Shown here: positions 24,458 to 35,800 of the stretch, one piece after another
How positions within the stretch are numbered: position 1 is the stretch's first letter
Layout of the letters: each line of letters starts with the position of its first letter
DNA from: Cercozoa sp. M6MM
Lineage: Eukaryota > Protista > Endomyxa: Ascetosporea
Strand: one strand, 5' to 3'
NCBI GenBank assembly: GCA_040357565.1
Contig: JBDODJ010000017.1
DNA length: 64,000 bases
Position numbers and translations under genes: made by a program
The notes under the pieces: model-generated
Told to the model about the DNA's origin: nothing
Database searches by the model: none
What the model saw: only the letters and a program-made list of their open reading frames with translations

Positions 24458-26394
24458 TTAGTGGCGTCGCAGGTGGCGTGACAGCCAGCCTTCTCGTCCT
24501 TGATCTACAATACAGTATGTACAGCAGCATGTAACAACACCACCGTAGGTCAGAGAGGAAGGAGAGCTTACGGCCACTGGTACGGTACTCGCGAGAGTAC
24601 TCGTACTCGTGATGTCGGTGACCGCCGCCATGCGTCTCGTGCTTGTGTTCATGTCGGTGGTAGCGGTGTTCTCCGTACGGGCCGTGCATGACCTGGTGGT
24701 GCCGTTCGTGCGACTCGCTGCTGTGGTGGCGACGGTGTGGCTACACAGAGGTCACACACCGTCAAAAGTGGCATCAGGACACCTGCATAGAAAAGAAAAG
24801 AAACGACCCACCTCGTGGAAGGATTCCACACGCCCGCCATGATGCACGCGAGTGCCCGAGCCGCCCTGTCGAACAAGTTCGTCGCGCTGTTGACGCGTCG
24901 CACGCAGCTCCTGCTTGGCCTTGTCCAAGTCGGACAGAGCGTCCACTGCGCCAATTCTCAAACATCAAAACCCAAACTGTGACAAGCTGCAAAGCTCTCG
25001 GTTTACTCAGTCGGAGCTGCAGCTGATCGGCGCGTTTTTCGAGTCGCCGGCGCATGACTTGTTCTTCGTCTTTCTCTACAAAGACAATACTATACAGGTC
25101 AATTTTTGTGCACAAAGACAACAAAGAAACCTTGGTTGGCAATGGCTGCCAAGTCTCGCCACTGACGCGCTTCAGTCACAGCACCGGCGGCCCTGGAAAA
25201 CTCAAGCAGAGATAGCACCCGTTTGCAAAGAGTAAAAATAAGCTTTAAGTAAAGTACTTGCTGTTGTCAGTACGCATATTTTCTACAGTTTCAGCAAGTC
25301 GTTCGTTCTCGCGGCGAAGACGGTCGTTCTCCTGTTCAAACAAAACGAATAAATTTAATAAGTTTAGAATTTAATTTTTAAGACTTGAAATGCTCTGATG
25401 GTAAATTTACAGCTCGCACGTGCGCAATGTCACGTTTGTCCATCTCATCCTGCGAGCGCTGCCGACGTGTCGCCTCCATGCCTGCACAGGAGTTGTGTTC
25501 ATATAGTGAGATAGCAAGGGACCAAACACACCGATCTGTCCAGGAGAAGCCTCTTCCTTGTAGCCACTGCGTTCGCGACCACGTTCGACTTCTCGCTCCT
25601 CCATGTGCGGACTGCGACGGCGCTGGCTTTCGCGACGGCCATACTCTTCCTCGCGGCGACTGTATCGTTCCTCTCGGCGGCCATACTCGCCACCGGGACG
25701 ACTGTACTCGCGACGTTCCCCCTTGCCAGTTGCGTACTGCGACAAACGGCGCTGTGCGTCACTCTGAGGCACCGGTTCTGCAAGAAACTTATCGTGTACT
25801 TCTAAATTATTGGGGTGAAAGTGAAGGTACCGAGTGGGCCTTCGTGTCGCTCGAAGCGTTCTTCGACACGGCGTTCTTCTTCTACACAGCAGTACAGTTG
25901 GGGTGATAAGGTAGATGGGAAGACAAAGTACCGTATCGGGGTTTACGACTGCCGTAGCGACCTTCCTTTCGTTCAATGTCGCGTTCGGCACCATAGGACC
26001 GTTGGCCACCACCTCGGTATTCTCTACCCTCGTCCTCTTTCTGCATGCGCTCTGCCAGCATACACACACACACACAGATATAACTATTCAATGATAAAAG
26101 AGCAGAGTTAACATATACCAAACGGGTCCTCTTCTCGTCGACCGCGATTTTCGATGCGACCGCTGACTTGCTCTTGTTTAAGCGCCTGGTCCGTCGATTC
26201 CTCGACGTGGGCCGGCTTGCGCTGCTCGCGACGACGCTCGCTGCTCGAGAGACTGGACGGCGATTCCGATCGACGCTGTCTCTGAAAGAAAGGAGTTATT
26301 TCTCACTGATAGTTGGCGTGTGGCGCAGTTGGAAAAATACCTCACGTCGCTCGGGCTCGTTTTGTCGCCCGCGCATTGAAGAGAAGAATTGCAT
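24458..26394 (-). CDS. Low-complexity Arg/Glu-rich coiled-coil protein with His-rich C-terminus
   Basis: MQFFSSMRGRQNEPERRE|RRSESPSS...REEERYSRREEEYGRR...ENDRLRRENERLAE...HRYHRHEHKHETHGGGHRHH, joined by GT-AG introns. Confidence 0.6.
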
Positions 26395-26626
26395 GTTTTC
26401 TCAATTTTGCTTTCCCCGCCTCCTGGCTTTTGGTCAGTCTCTTTCAAGGCTAGCTCTGTCGACACTCGCTGCAACAAAGTCGAGTACGCAGGGTAGACTC
26501 GAGATTCGTCCAAACTGCCACCAACCCGAAGTTGGCACGCGGCTCCCAGCCATACTGCATCGCTCTTTGGGTTTTTTGGCAACAGCTTCCAGTAACTTTC
26601 ACCTGCGTCGTGCTCGACCGTTAGCC

Positions 26627-28428
26627 ATGCCACGGGACTTCTCAGTTAAAACACCGGCAGTTCAAGTGAGCAGTGTTCAACACTATGCAGGTTCTATCAT
26701 TGGAGGACAGCATTCTATTGTGTGACCGAGTTTCGCTGCAGGTAGAAAAATCAGCTGGTGTTTTCTGACACAAATGTTCCTTTCCAAAGCGCTGCATAGA
26801 CAATAGTGCGAAACAGCTTCTCATCCGATGAGATACAAGTGGTCGCGGCGTTGTTGCTTCGCGCAGTGTCGGACGTTCTGCAGTTTGCGCGTGTCCAAGA
26901 TTACGTCAGGTTGTTGCCTTCGCGAGTAACGAAGAGCATTTTGCTTCCTTCCAGTTTCGAACAAAGTCTGTGGGTTATGCTAGAACGTGGTAACACTGAT
27001 ATTTTTTGAGTTGGGCAGCACTGAATGAATTATTTTACTATTGAAAACACTGCAGCAAGTGAGGACAGAGTGAAGCAAGCATCCGAGCACTTGTTCAGTC
27101 AGAGTCTACGTCTGTTCGAGCAGAGCAACAAGCACCCGAGTCCTTTGGCGGCGTGGATGCGTTCAATTTGTTTGTTGCCATGCTGTCGACTGTTGCAGTT
27201 TCAAACTGACGACACAGCAAGTGAGCTGTACGATGAGGCTTTGTATCGATGCAAAGCGATGATCAAACATTGGAGACATCGAGGGCGAGAGTACTCTGTC
27301 TACAATAAAGTGAAGTTGCTTTGCTTTACCATTTTGGTATTGCAGTTGCTGGGTTCACATTAACACGCTGACGCAAAACAACGTCGATTCGGTGCAAGAC
27401 GAGCTGTCTGCGATCCTGCGACACATCCTGGTCGGCAACACGGGCATTCTCAAGTTCCTCTCGAGTCGAAAGTACATGTTTCAGAGCGTCTGCTCGACGC
27501 TGCTGACTGTTCCTCATCAAGATGTGTATCGGTACTTTTAAAAAAGATGCTATATTGATCGGTAAACTGAAGTAAATTTGCAAGTTATTTGTAGTGCACT
27601 CGAGACCTACAAGCAAGTCGTGCAGGTGCCCTTTCGGTGCTTTGTGCACGCGAAACCTCGGTGGTTGAGTGGTAGCTCTTACATTCTAGCTGTAGTGTAG
27701 GTTGACTTGTGCTAGTTTTGTTAATTCTAGAGTGGAAACTGCGATGGTTGTTGCAGCCAGAAGATGAGAATCTCGTGTTCTCGCAAGAGTTTCTGCTGCA
27801 CGTGCTCGTGAAGTGCGTGGCTGACGGTTTGTGCGGAACAATCGACACTACGACGGTTGTGTCGGTTCTTCGATCACTCACTGAGCACGCGGAGCGTGTT
27901 GGCGTCATGCACATGCAAACCACGCTCGTGCCAACAACTATCAAGTCGGCAATCGACCTTTACTTCTTTGACCCTCACTACACGGATATTGACAACACCG
28001 ACTGTTCGATTCCACAGTTGCCATGGTCCGAGTTGAGACAGCTTGTGCGTGCTGTCAGCAAGAAGAAGCAGCTGTCACTGCGAGTGCTCCAGTCCATCCA
28101 AGTGGAGAGCACAAGCTCAGTGCTTGCTCAAGACGTACTGGATTGGACCACGTTTCTACTACACACTGACACTGACCAAAACCCCTCCGCTGCTGTGCGC
28201 TGTATTCAACGAATACAGCAGTACGCAAGACACCTGCTCTTGGACTTTTTCGACGACATTCGTAAACTGGCTTGTTCTTTCCATACCACTGGCAGTTCAT
28301 TGAAATGGCTGTGTGTAGTGCCGGCGCGCGTCAATGTGCCGCCAGATGTGGCACAACTTGTCGTTTCAATGCTTGCAGTCGATCCGCTGAGTGGTGACTT
28401 GGACTTCCTGCTTCCAACTTTGACGTGA
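26627..28428 (+). CDS. Multi-exon hypothetical helical protein
   Basis: ORFs 26806-27009, 27025-27363 and 27709-28428 are linked by introns; no recognised motif. Confidence 0.55.
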
Positions 28429-28788
28429 TCAGTGAACAACTGGACGGGCCGGTCACGGAACAGAAGCCGTTGTTGGGAAAAGTGAACTACTACGCTATGA
28501 TTTTACGCGACGGAAAGTTGCGTCGAAGTACGACAGTCTACGAAGAAACCAACGATGTAATTCACCTGTAGCAGTCCTGGGGTGAGTTATAAGCGCATAA
28601 ATATACAGTACAGTAGCCGTAATCCCGTCCACTGCCCGCTTCGGGTGCCATCCTACCCCTTTTGAAATTCCCCCACGCGAGCTCTGAAAGATACTATGGT
28701 AAAAGAAAGACACCGAACTACGCCCGGCCTGGGCGCGGTCTGAGCGATGACGTGCCGGCTGCTTAATCCAGGACTGGCGTTGCGCACT

Positions 28789-31700
28789 TCAAAAATGCAG
28801 CTGCTGCGGCAAGAGCGTGCTGTGGGCCGTGTGATTGTGCCGCGAGGCCGAGGTGCCCGTGGCAACCGTTCCCGGAGCATCTGGCGCTGTCCGGAAGCGC
28901 TGCTTGCCGCGTGGGTCGGTCCGAGGCGTGTGTGACATGCGATTGAAGCGCTGTGTCACCGAGGCTAGCACGTGCGTCGTGTCACGCATGGCCGCCTGTG
29001 CGATCAACGAAATAATAAGAGAGCGATATGTGTTTCAAACTAAAGCAAACCTCAGTTGCACTGGCTGCCCGCCGGGGACTCCAGGACACTACAGTATATA
29101 CAGATTATATATATCTGCATGTGTATGTTATAAGATGGCTACTGTTCTGCGTGGCGTCCACAAAGTCATGCGCCGTGACGCCGGCGTGCTCGTGGTCGCC
29201 GAGGTTGAGCGTGCGATCGCCGTCGGCGTCGTTCTCCTTGTCGTCCAGAGGACGGGGTTGCGCACGTGACTGTAATTATATACAAATATATATACATATA
29301 AAGATATACATATATATAAAGATATACATATATATACAAAGATAAATATATATATATATATATCAACATATATATATAAACACATATATATATATATATT
29401 TATAGATACATGTTGACGGGGTACATTGGGACGTGCGTCAGGCCGAGGTGACGGCGGAGCCACGTGCAGCACGTGCGAGGCACGCAGCACGCGCGAGTGG
29501 TGCTGCAGCGCGTGCACCAGTCGGAGCAGACGCGGCTCGTCCAAGAGCACGAGACCAGGCACGTCGCGATTGCGCACGTGTCTCAGTAGGCGCTGCGCGG
29601 CCGGTACCGTGGCCAGTAGAACGCACTGCGCGGCACGGCACTGCCGCATGCGGCGCCACAACTGATGCGCCTCGGTGCGACCCAGCTGGCCCTGTCGCAA
29701 CTGGTACGCATGTACCACTGCCTGTACTGGCTGCGATGGCGATTCCTGCAGGTGCCACTCGACGATATGTGCACGTGCGTACTCCGACTTGGCCGAGCGA
29801 ATCGGCGTTCCTTCCATAGACTGGGGGAGGTAGGTAGTAAAAGGGAGTAAGGGGGAAGGGCTACCGTATCGAGTTGGAAACTTTCGTTGTCGGTTGGTGA
29901 GGCAGCTGCCGTTCCGTACGGTGTCGGTGATGGTGACAGGGACACTGCCTCCTGTGTGTNNNNNNNNNNNNNNNNNNNNNNNNNNNNNNNNNNNNNNNNN
30001 NNNNNNNNNNNNNNNNNNNNNNNNNNNNNNNNNNNNNNNNNNNNNNNNNNNNNNNNNNNAAAGGGAGGGATGGAAGGGGAGGGGAAATGCACCAGCAGTA
30101 TGCGCACAGCTTCGGTGAACTGCGACGGTGTAGCACGTGTCAACCGGGCCACAAACTCCCTACTCGCGGGGGGGGGGGTAGGGGGAGGGGGTAAATTAGA
30201 CCAGTAGTACCTAGCGAAACTGGACAATTCGAGTGGCTGAACCGCATCGGCCAGAGCTAGTGCCTGGGGGTACGGGAGGTAGGGAGTAAAGGGGCAAGGA
30301 TAAGAGCGAGGTACCTGTTGCACACTGGCATTGGTCGGTGTGGCTCCCAGTGTGGGTGGCGAGGTGGCCTTGTCACTGTTGTTGTTGTTATTTTCGATGT
30401 TGCTATTATCGTTGTTGTGGTTATTTTCGCTGTGGGTACTTTCGTTGTTGTTATTTTCGTTGTTGTTGGGGGTAGTGCACTCAGAGGAGGTGTCCACCTC
30501 GGGCACAGGCGGCGTGGCAGGTGCCACAGCGAGTCGCACCGTCGGCGCCACCGCTCGCAGCAGCGGCAGCAGCGTGGTGTCTCTGCCCACCAGTGTCGCC
30601 GACTGCTCGTGCGCTGCGCTGTCGAACTGACTCGTCGCACTGGAGGGGAGGGGGTAAAGAGGGTCAGGGTGGGGGCAGGAGAGTAAAGTACACGACAACA
30701 CAAGTAGCGTCGAGTTGTGCAGCCAGTGAGGCGGCACGTCGCACTTCCTCCACCGACACAGACCGACCTTGTCGCTGGATGCAGGTCACCAGGACACTCT
30801 GACCCTGCCACTTGGCCCGCACTCGCAGGGGACTCTCCTCTGGAACACCGGAGGCGAGGGTAAGGGCAAGGGGTGGGGAGGGGGTAAAGATACCATAAAC
30901 TTGAAGTTGCTCCAGTTTGGCCGCCTGCAGCAGCGCAAAAACCATGCGGCGCCACTGCGTCGCATCTGCGTCCAGCAGTCTCTGGGGGGGGGAGGGTAAA
31001 GGGGTAAAGGTGGGGAGCGGGGAGGTAGAGATACCTGCAGCAACACATGAGCCTCGGCGTCGGAGGCATCGCTGGCGGCCAGCAGGTGCTGCACAAAGTG
31101 CTGCGACAGCACCGTGTCCTCGTTGGATGACACTTGTCCCAACAGCGACTCGGTGTCTCCCGGTACCACCGAGGTAGCTGCTGCCGTAGGCGAGATGTTC
31201 TGCATCAAGAAGGCCACGGTGCGACGAGATGTGCGCACGATGGCGCGCAGTCGTGCCAGGTCGGCCTCCTGCGCCGCGATCCTGCCGCGTATCTCGTCGG
31301 CACGCCGCACTTCCTCCTGGGGCACATGGCAAATAACAAGAAGTAACGGGGTGTCAAGCACACACCTCCTGCGCACGCAGACTCTCACGCATCTGCGTCA
31401 GCAGTTCTTCATTGCTCTCCTGCCGACGCGTCAGCACGTCGTGCTGCTCTTGCGAGACACGCAGCCTGGGGTAGGGGGCAGGTCGGGGGTAAGGGCAGGG
31501 GGTAAGGGCAGGGGGTAAGGGGTAAGGGTAGGTAGGAGATAAGGAAGTAAGGTAGGGGTACGACTCGTTGGCAGCGTCGAGTTGCAGGTGGCGTTTCTGT
31601 AGCGCCTCCTCGAGAGTGCGTCGCTGCTGCTGCTCCTGCCGAAGCGAGTGCTGCATCTCCTCCAGCGCTGTCTGCGCCGCATCGGCCGCCAGTCGCGCCG

Positions 31701-32286
31701 CCGCCAGTTCCGACGACAGACGCGTCGTTCGCGCTCGCTCCTCCGATAGCAAATTGCGCGAAGTCTACTCCCAGAAGGGGTAGGGGATAGGGGGAGCTGG
31801 GGGGAGGGGGTAAGGCACCTCCAATTCGTCCTCGAGCGCCTGGCGCACCTCGCCGGTCGGAATCAACTGTCGCAGTGCTTCGTCCAAGGAAGTACGTGCT
31901 GCCAGCTGCGTCTGTAGCGTCTTATTCCGCGTGTGCAACGAAGCGTTCGCCTCCTGAAGTTGTTGTCGCTGCGCGTCCAGCAACAACACGCGCTGCTTGA
32001 GTGCCGAGGCCTCTCGCTGCGACGCCTCGCTCTTCTGCCGCTCCTTCTCACACTTGTGCTGCCACTGCGCGCACCGCTCCTGCTCTGCCTGCAAGGCACG
32101 TGTCAAAAACACCACTGCCTCGGCACGTGGTGTGTCCTGCAACACAAGCACACAAACAAACATCGCCGGCTCACACGTGCCACACACAACGACAAAACTT
32201 ATCACAAATTTTTCGAAAATGGCAGTTGGCACTGATCGGCGCACCTCATCGCGTTGCGATTCCTCCTGCTGACTCGACGCCTCCAT
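28789..32286 (-). CDS. Coiled-coil protein with two tandem degenerate Mrr-like (type IV restriction endonuclease fold) domains
   Basis: ATG at 32286, about 14 exons. N-terminal heptad-rich region; domain 1 DATQWRRMVFALLQ...SVLVTCIQRQGRSVSVEEVR...CVVATSQFDSAA; domain 2 TPSQFTEAVRILLEA...VVHAYQLRQGQLG...VLLAT...LVLLDEPRL. A 100-N gap (29960-30059) falls in an intron. Confidence 0.7.
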
Positions 32287-32868
32287 TGGCACGCCGGTAA
32301 CGCGCCCCAACCTGTGGCGAGAACTATTTGGCACCTCTTGGCAAGATTTTAAATGGTGCTGAGGTGCTTTCGTGGCTACGCTGTAGACGCAATGCGGCCA
32401 TAGAACAGTGTGTCAAAGTGTTACTACTATATTAGAGGGTTTAATTGACCGAATGCAGCGATCGCTGCGATAGAAACGATTTACTTGACAAGAGTGTTGG
32501 GATCGCACCCTAAAACTCTCGCGCTGGGCCAAGAAAAGTCGAGCAAAACACTAGCAACTTGACAGATCACAGCTTGTATATACCAGGCGAGTCACCAGTG
32601 TAGAGCACAGCGTGCCAGGACACACAGGCGGTTCGTAGGGTGATCCGTGTGACCGGGCTGGGAAGCAAAATTTCCCCCAAGGATCCTGGGCCGCTCACTA
32701 ATCACTGCATCAGGCACGAATTCGACAAGAGAGTGCTCTAGTGGTGTTTCACGTCTACTCTAACGACACATTCTGTAAGCAGACAGTTTTTTCTGTTGGG
32801 CGTGCAATGTTGTTCCTTTCTTGCTCTGATCGACCGTTTTCCTCGCCCTAACATGTTAGGCGCAACGA

Positions 32869-35800
32869 ATGTCGTCTGATGAGGAGTACGAAGAGGGCCT
32901 TTTCGGGTCCCTCGAGGAGATGCGCACGGTGTGTAACAACATCGGCACAACAATTCAAAAAAGTACACCTTCTCTCCTTGAACTGACTGGCACATTGGGC
33001 CTGTGTGAAACTGGCGTTTACCCGTGTTGAAACTATCCAAGTGATCGCTCGTTTTTGTACAGCACAAGACAGCGGAGAGTTGTTGACGGCGATCGAGCGA
33101 TTCGGCAGTCTTGTGGAAGCCGCTTGCTCGCAGGAGCTGAGCGAGAGCGAGATGGACTTATTTGTGGATGACTTCCTGCACAAGTTCGTCAAAGCCGTAC
33201 TTCGCCGGCGACTCGATCACGTCGAGGGAAAACACATCGGTGATGTGGTCGAGACGCTCGTGCGCGTGCTCCACTTGCTGGTGGCGCTGCTGCCGACGTC
33301 GAGTCGCGACGGCGTGTGGGACACAATCAGCACATTGTTCAGCAAGAGCAACAACTTTTACCGAGCGCACGTGCAGGTACCTAGTCTTTTGCTGCTTGAG
33401 TGTCACTGTCGGTTGAGTGGCGTTTTGGTTCGGTAGGACGCCGCTGCCGAGGCGACGCGCCCGCCGGTGTGGGACCTGCGGCCGCACGAGGAGCAGCAGC
33501 GGCTGCGCGACTGGCGTTCGCAACTCCAGGTCGGCGATGCCGTGGACCTGTGGATGCGAGGCACCTGGGTGGTGGCCAAGGTGCTCGAGAAGCAGCAGAT
33601 TGACATGGGCACGGACGTGCCGGACAACATGGTGCAGCTGCTGATCCCAGTGCTCGAGAAGAAGGTCTGGCTTTCGCTCGACAACGAGCACGACGATCAG
33701 GTGTCACTCGCGCTGCGTGCTGTGCCGGCCGGCGAGTTCACCAGCAAGGACCCCTTCAAGAAGCGTCTCGAAGCTTACAACACCTGGCGATTGCGCCTGA
33801 AACCGCGCTCACGTATCGATGCGCTCGACGACGTGTCCAAGTGGTTCACTGCTGAGGTAGCGAGTTTTCCTTTTGCTACTGTTCTGTATCTGTATGGTGT
33901 ATGCTCTTCGTGTCTGGCAGGTCATTGATGTGGACTTCTCGGACGACATGCAGCCCGGCCGAGTACTCGTCGCGTACGACGGCTGGCCCGACTCTTACAA
34001 TGGTACACACTCTCTCCCAAGCCCGTCTGTCTGAGTGAACTGAGAGACATGCCTTCCGACAGAGTGGCTCGATATTTTCTCGACACGATTGGCGCCGTTC
34101 AAGTCGCGAGCGCGAGGCGGCCGCTCCACGTTGGGCGTGTCTGATCAGGTAGCTTGCATTCATACGCCAATTTGTTATCGTGAAAGGTATCGTTGACTGG
34201 TGTGTGCAGAGCGAGTGGGTGGCCTCGCGAATCGAGGACTCGGACGACCCTGAAGGCGTGTTCGCCGTGTTCCGCGGACCGCGCTGGGGCAGCATGCACC
34301 TCGTGCGACTGCTGCAAGAGTTTGGACAGCTCGGTGGCTTTGATACTCTGCTCAAGCGCATCTGCGTGTCGGTTCCTCCTGGGTACCTCACCCGCATCTC
34401 TGTTTTGGTAGTAGTTTCATGTATATGTTTTGTGTGTGCAGTGATGTACCCTCGCTCGAAGAAGCGCTGCCGGGCTGGAACTCGAAGGACGAAGAAACCT
34501 CCAGCGAGACCGCGGCACTCGTGTTCGATCTGGCGCGTCTGGCCGATGCGCAGGAGGAACTTGACACGTACTGCGAGGCGTCGATTGATGTATACGCACG
34601 CACCTCTCATCTAGTAGTTTCCTGTGCAGCGGATGTGTGTGTGTGTGTGTGTGCAGTTGATTGTGCGCGAGCTGAAGCTGCTGGCAGCGGTGTCGTCGCT
34701 GCTGGCGCGACCGCTGCTGCTGCACTTCGTACCGGCCGTGTTCCGTGCCACGCGGTCGCGCCTCATGACGCTGTCGGACGCTGACGTACGCGAGCTGTCG
34801 ACCGACGCGATCGATTCTATTGTGCGATCCTTCATGGACCTCATCGAGCGCGTGCGCTCTGTCAACGAGTGCGAGGTGCCCTTGCTTTCTCGCTCTCTTT
34901 GTTGTGTGTGTGTCTGTGTGTCTGTGTGTCTGTGTGTCTGTGTGTGTGATGCCCTATCTGTGCGTAGGAGTGGCTGGAGCAGTTCCTGCTGGACCTGAGT
35001 CTAATGCGACTGCGCTGTCCCAACGTGCAACGCAAGATCAACGGACTCAAGCACATCACTGAGCACATCAAGGCGCTCGAGCCGACGTACTCGAGCGGCT
35101 ACTACGGCAGCAACAGCTACTACGGCTACGGCACGGGGGCCTCGTCCTCCTACTACGGCTCGTCGTACACGTACGGTGGTCACCGTGCGTCGACGTCGGC
35201 GGTGCAGGAGCAGAACCGCGCCAAGGCGCTGCGCACCATCGCGCATCTCGACGAACAGGGCGTGTTTGCGGCTGTGTTCGACACGCACGACTCGCACACC
35301 GAGGTAGCCTCTGCATTCGGACATGCTCGTGTGAGTGTGTAAATGTGTGCGTGTGCATTATACAGGTGATGCGACGCTTCAGCGATGTGTTGCGCTTCTT
35401 TGCCAAGTACGACAAGCTGCGCAGCGAGCACATTGACGCCGTATGGACCGTGGTGGCGCGTGCCATGCGCATGCGCGACAAGGACACGCTGTCGGCGCTC
35501 ATCGAGATGATCAAGGACAGCGCCAGTGCGCTGTCGTTCGCGCACCTGCATCATATCTTCAGCAAGATCCGGTATCCCCTTGTTAAATCACGGGGAGGGT
35601 GAGAGGTAGACATCAACGCGACTTGTGCAGCGACTTGCCCTACGCGGACCTTACGGAGAATACGCTCGAACTGGTTGTGTCGCTGTGCAAGACCTTCTTC
35701 ACGGCGCAGCAGAAGAAGCCGCCCCCACCCAAAACTGGTGTGTTCGCTTGCTCCTCCTGTGCTTCCTCTGGATTGAGTGTTCGGACATAGGCGGTCTCGA

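Noticed and set aside
26626-26629. Overlapping divergent ATGs in a CATG palindrome
   Set aside because: The minus-strand gene is better started at 26394, so the overlap is not required.
31468-31561. GGGTAA/GGGTAG runs as telomeric or interstitial telomere repeats
   Set aside because: Irregular, confined to introns and oriented with each gene; treated as intron composition instead.
32876-32915. CTGATGA...CGAA resembling a hammerhead ribozyme core
   Set aside because: No stem II or GAAA core; the sequence is the first coding exon of the USP (SDEEYEE).
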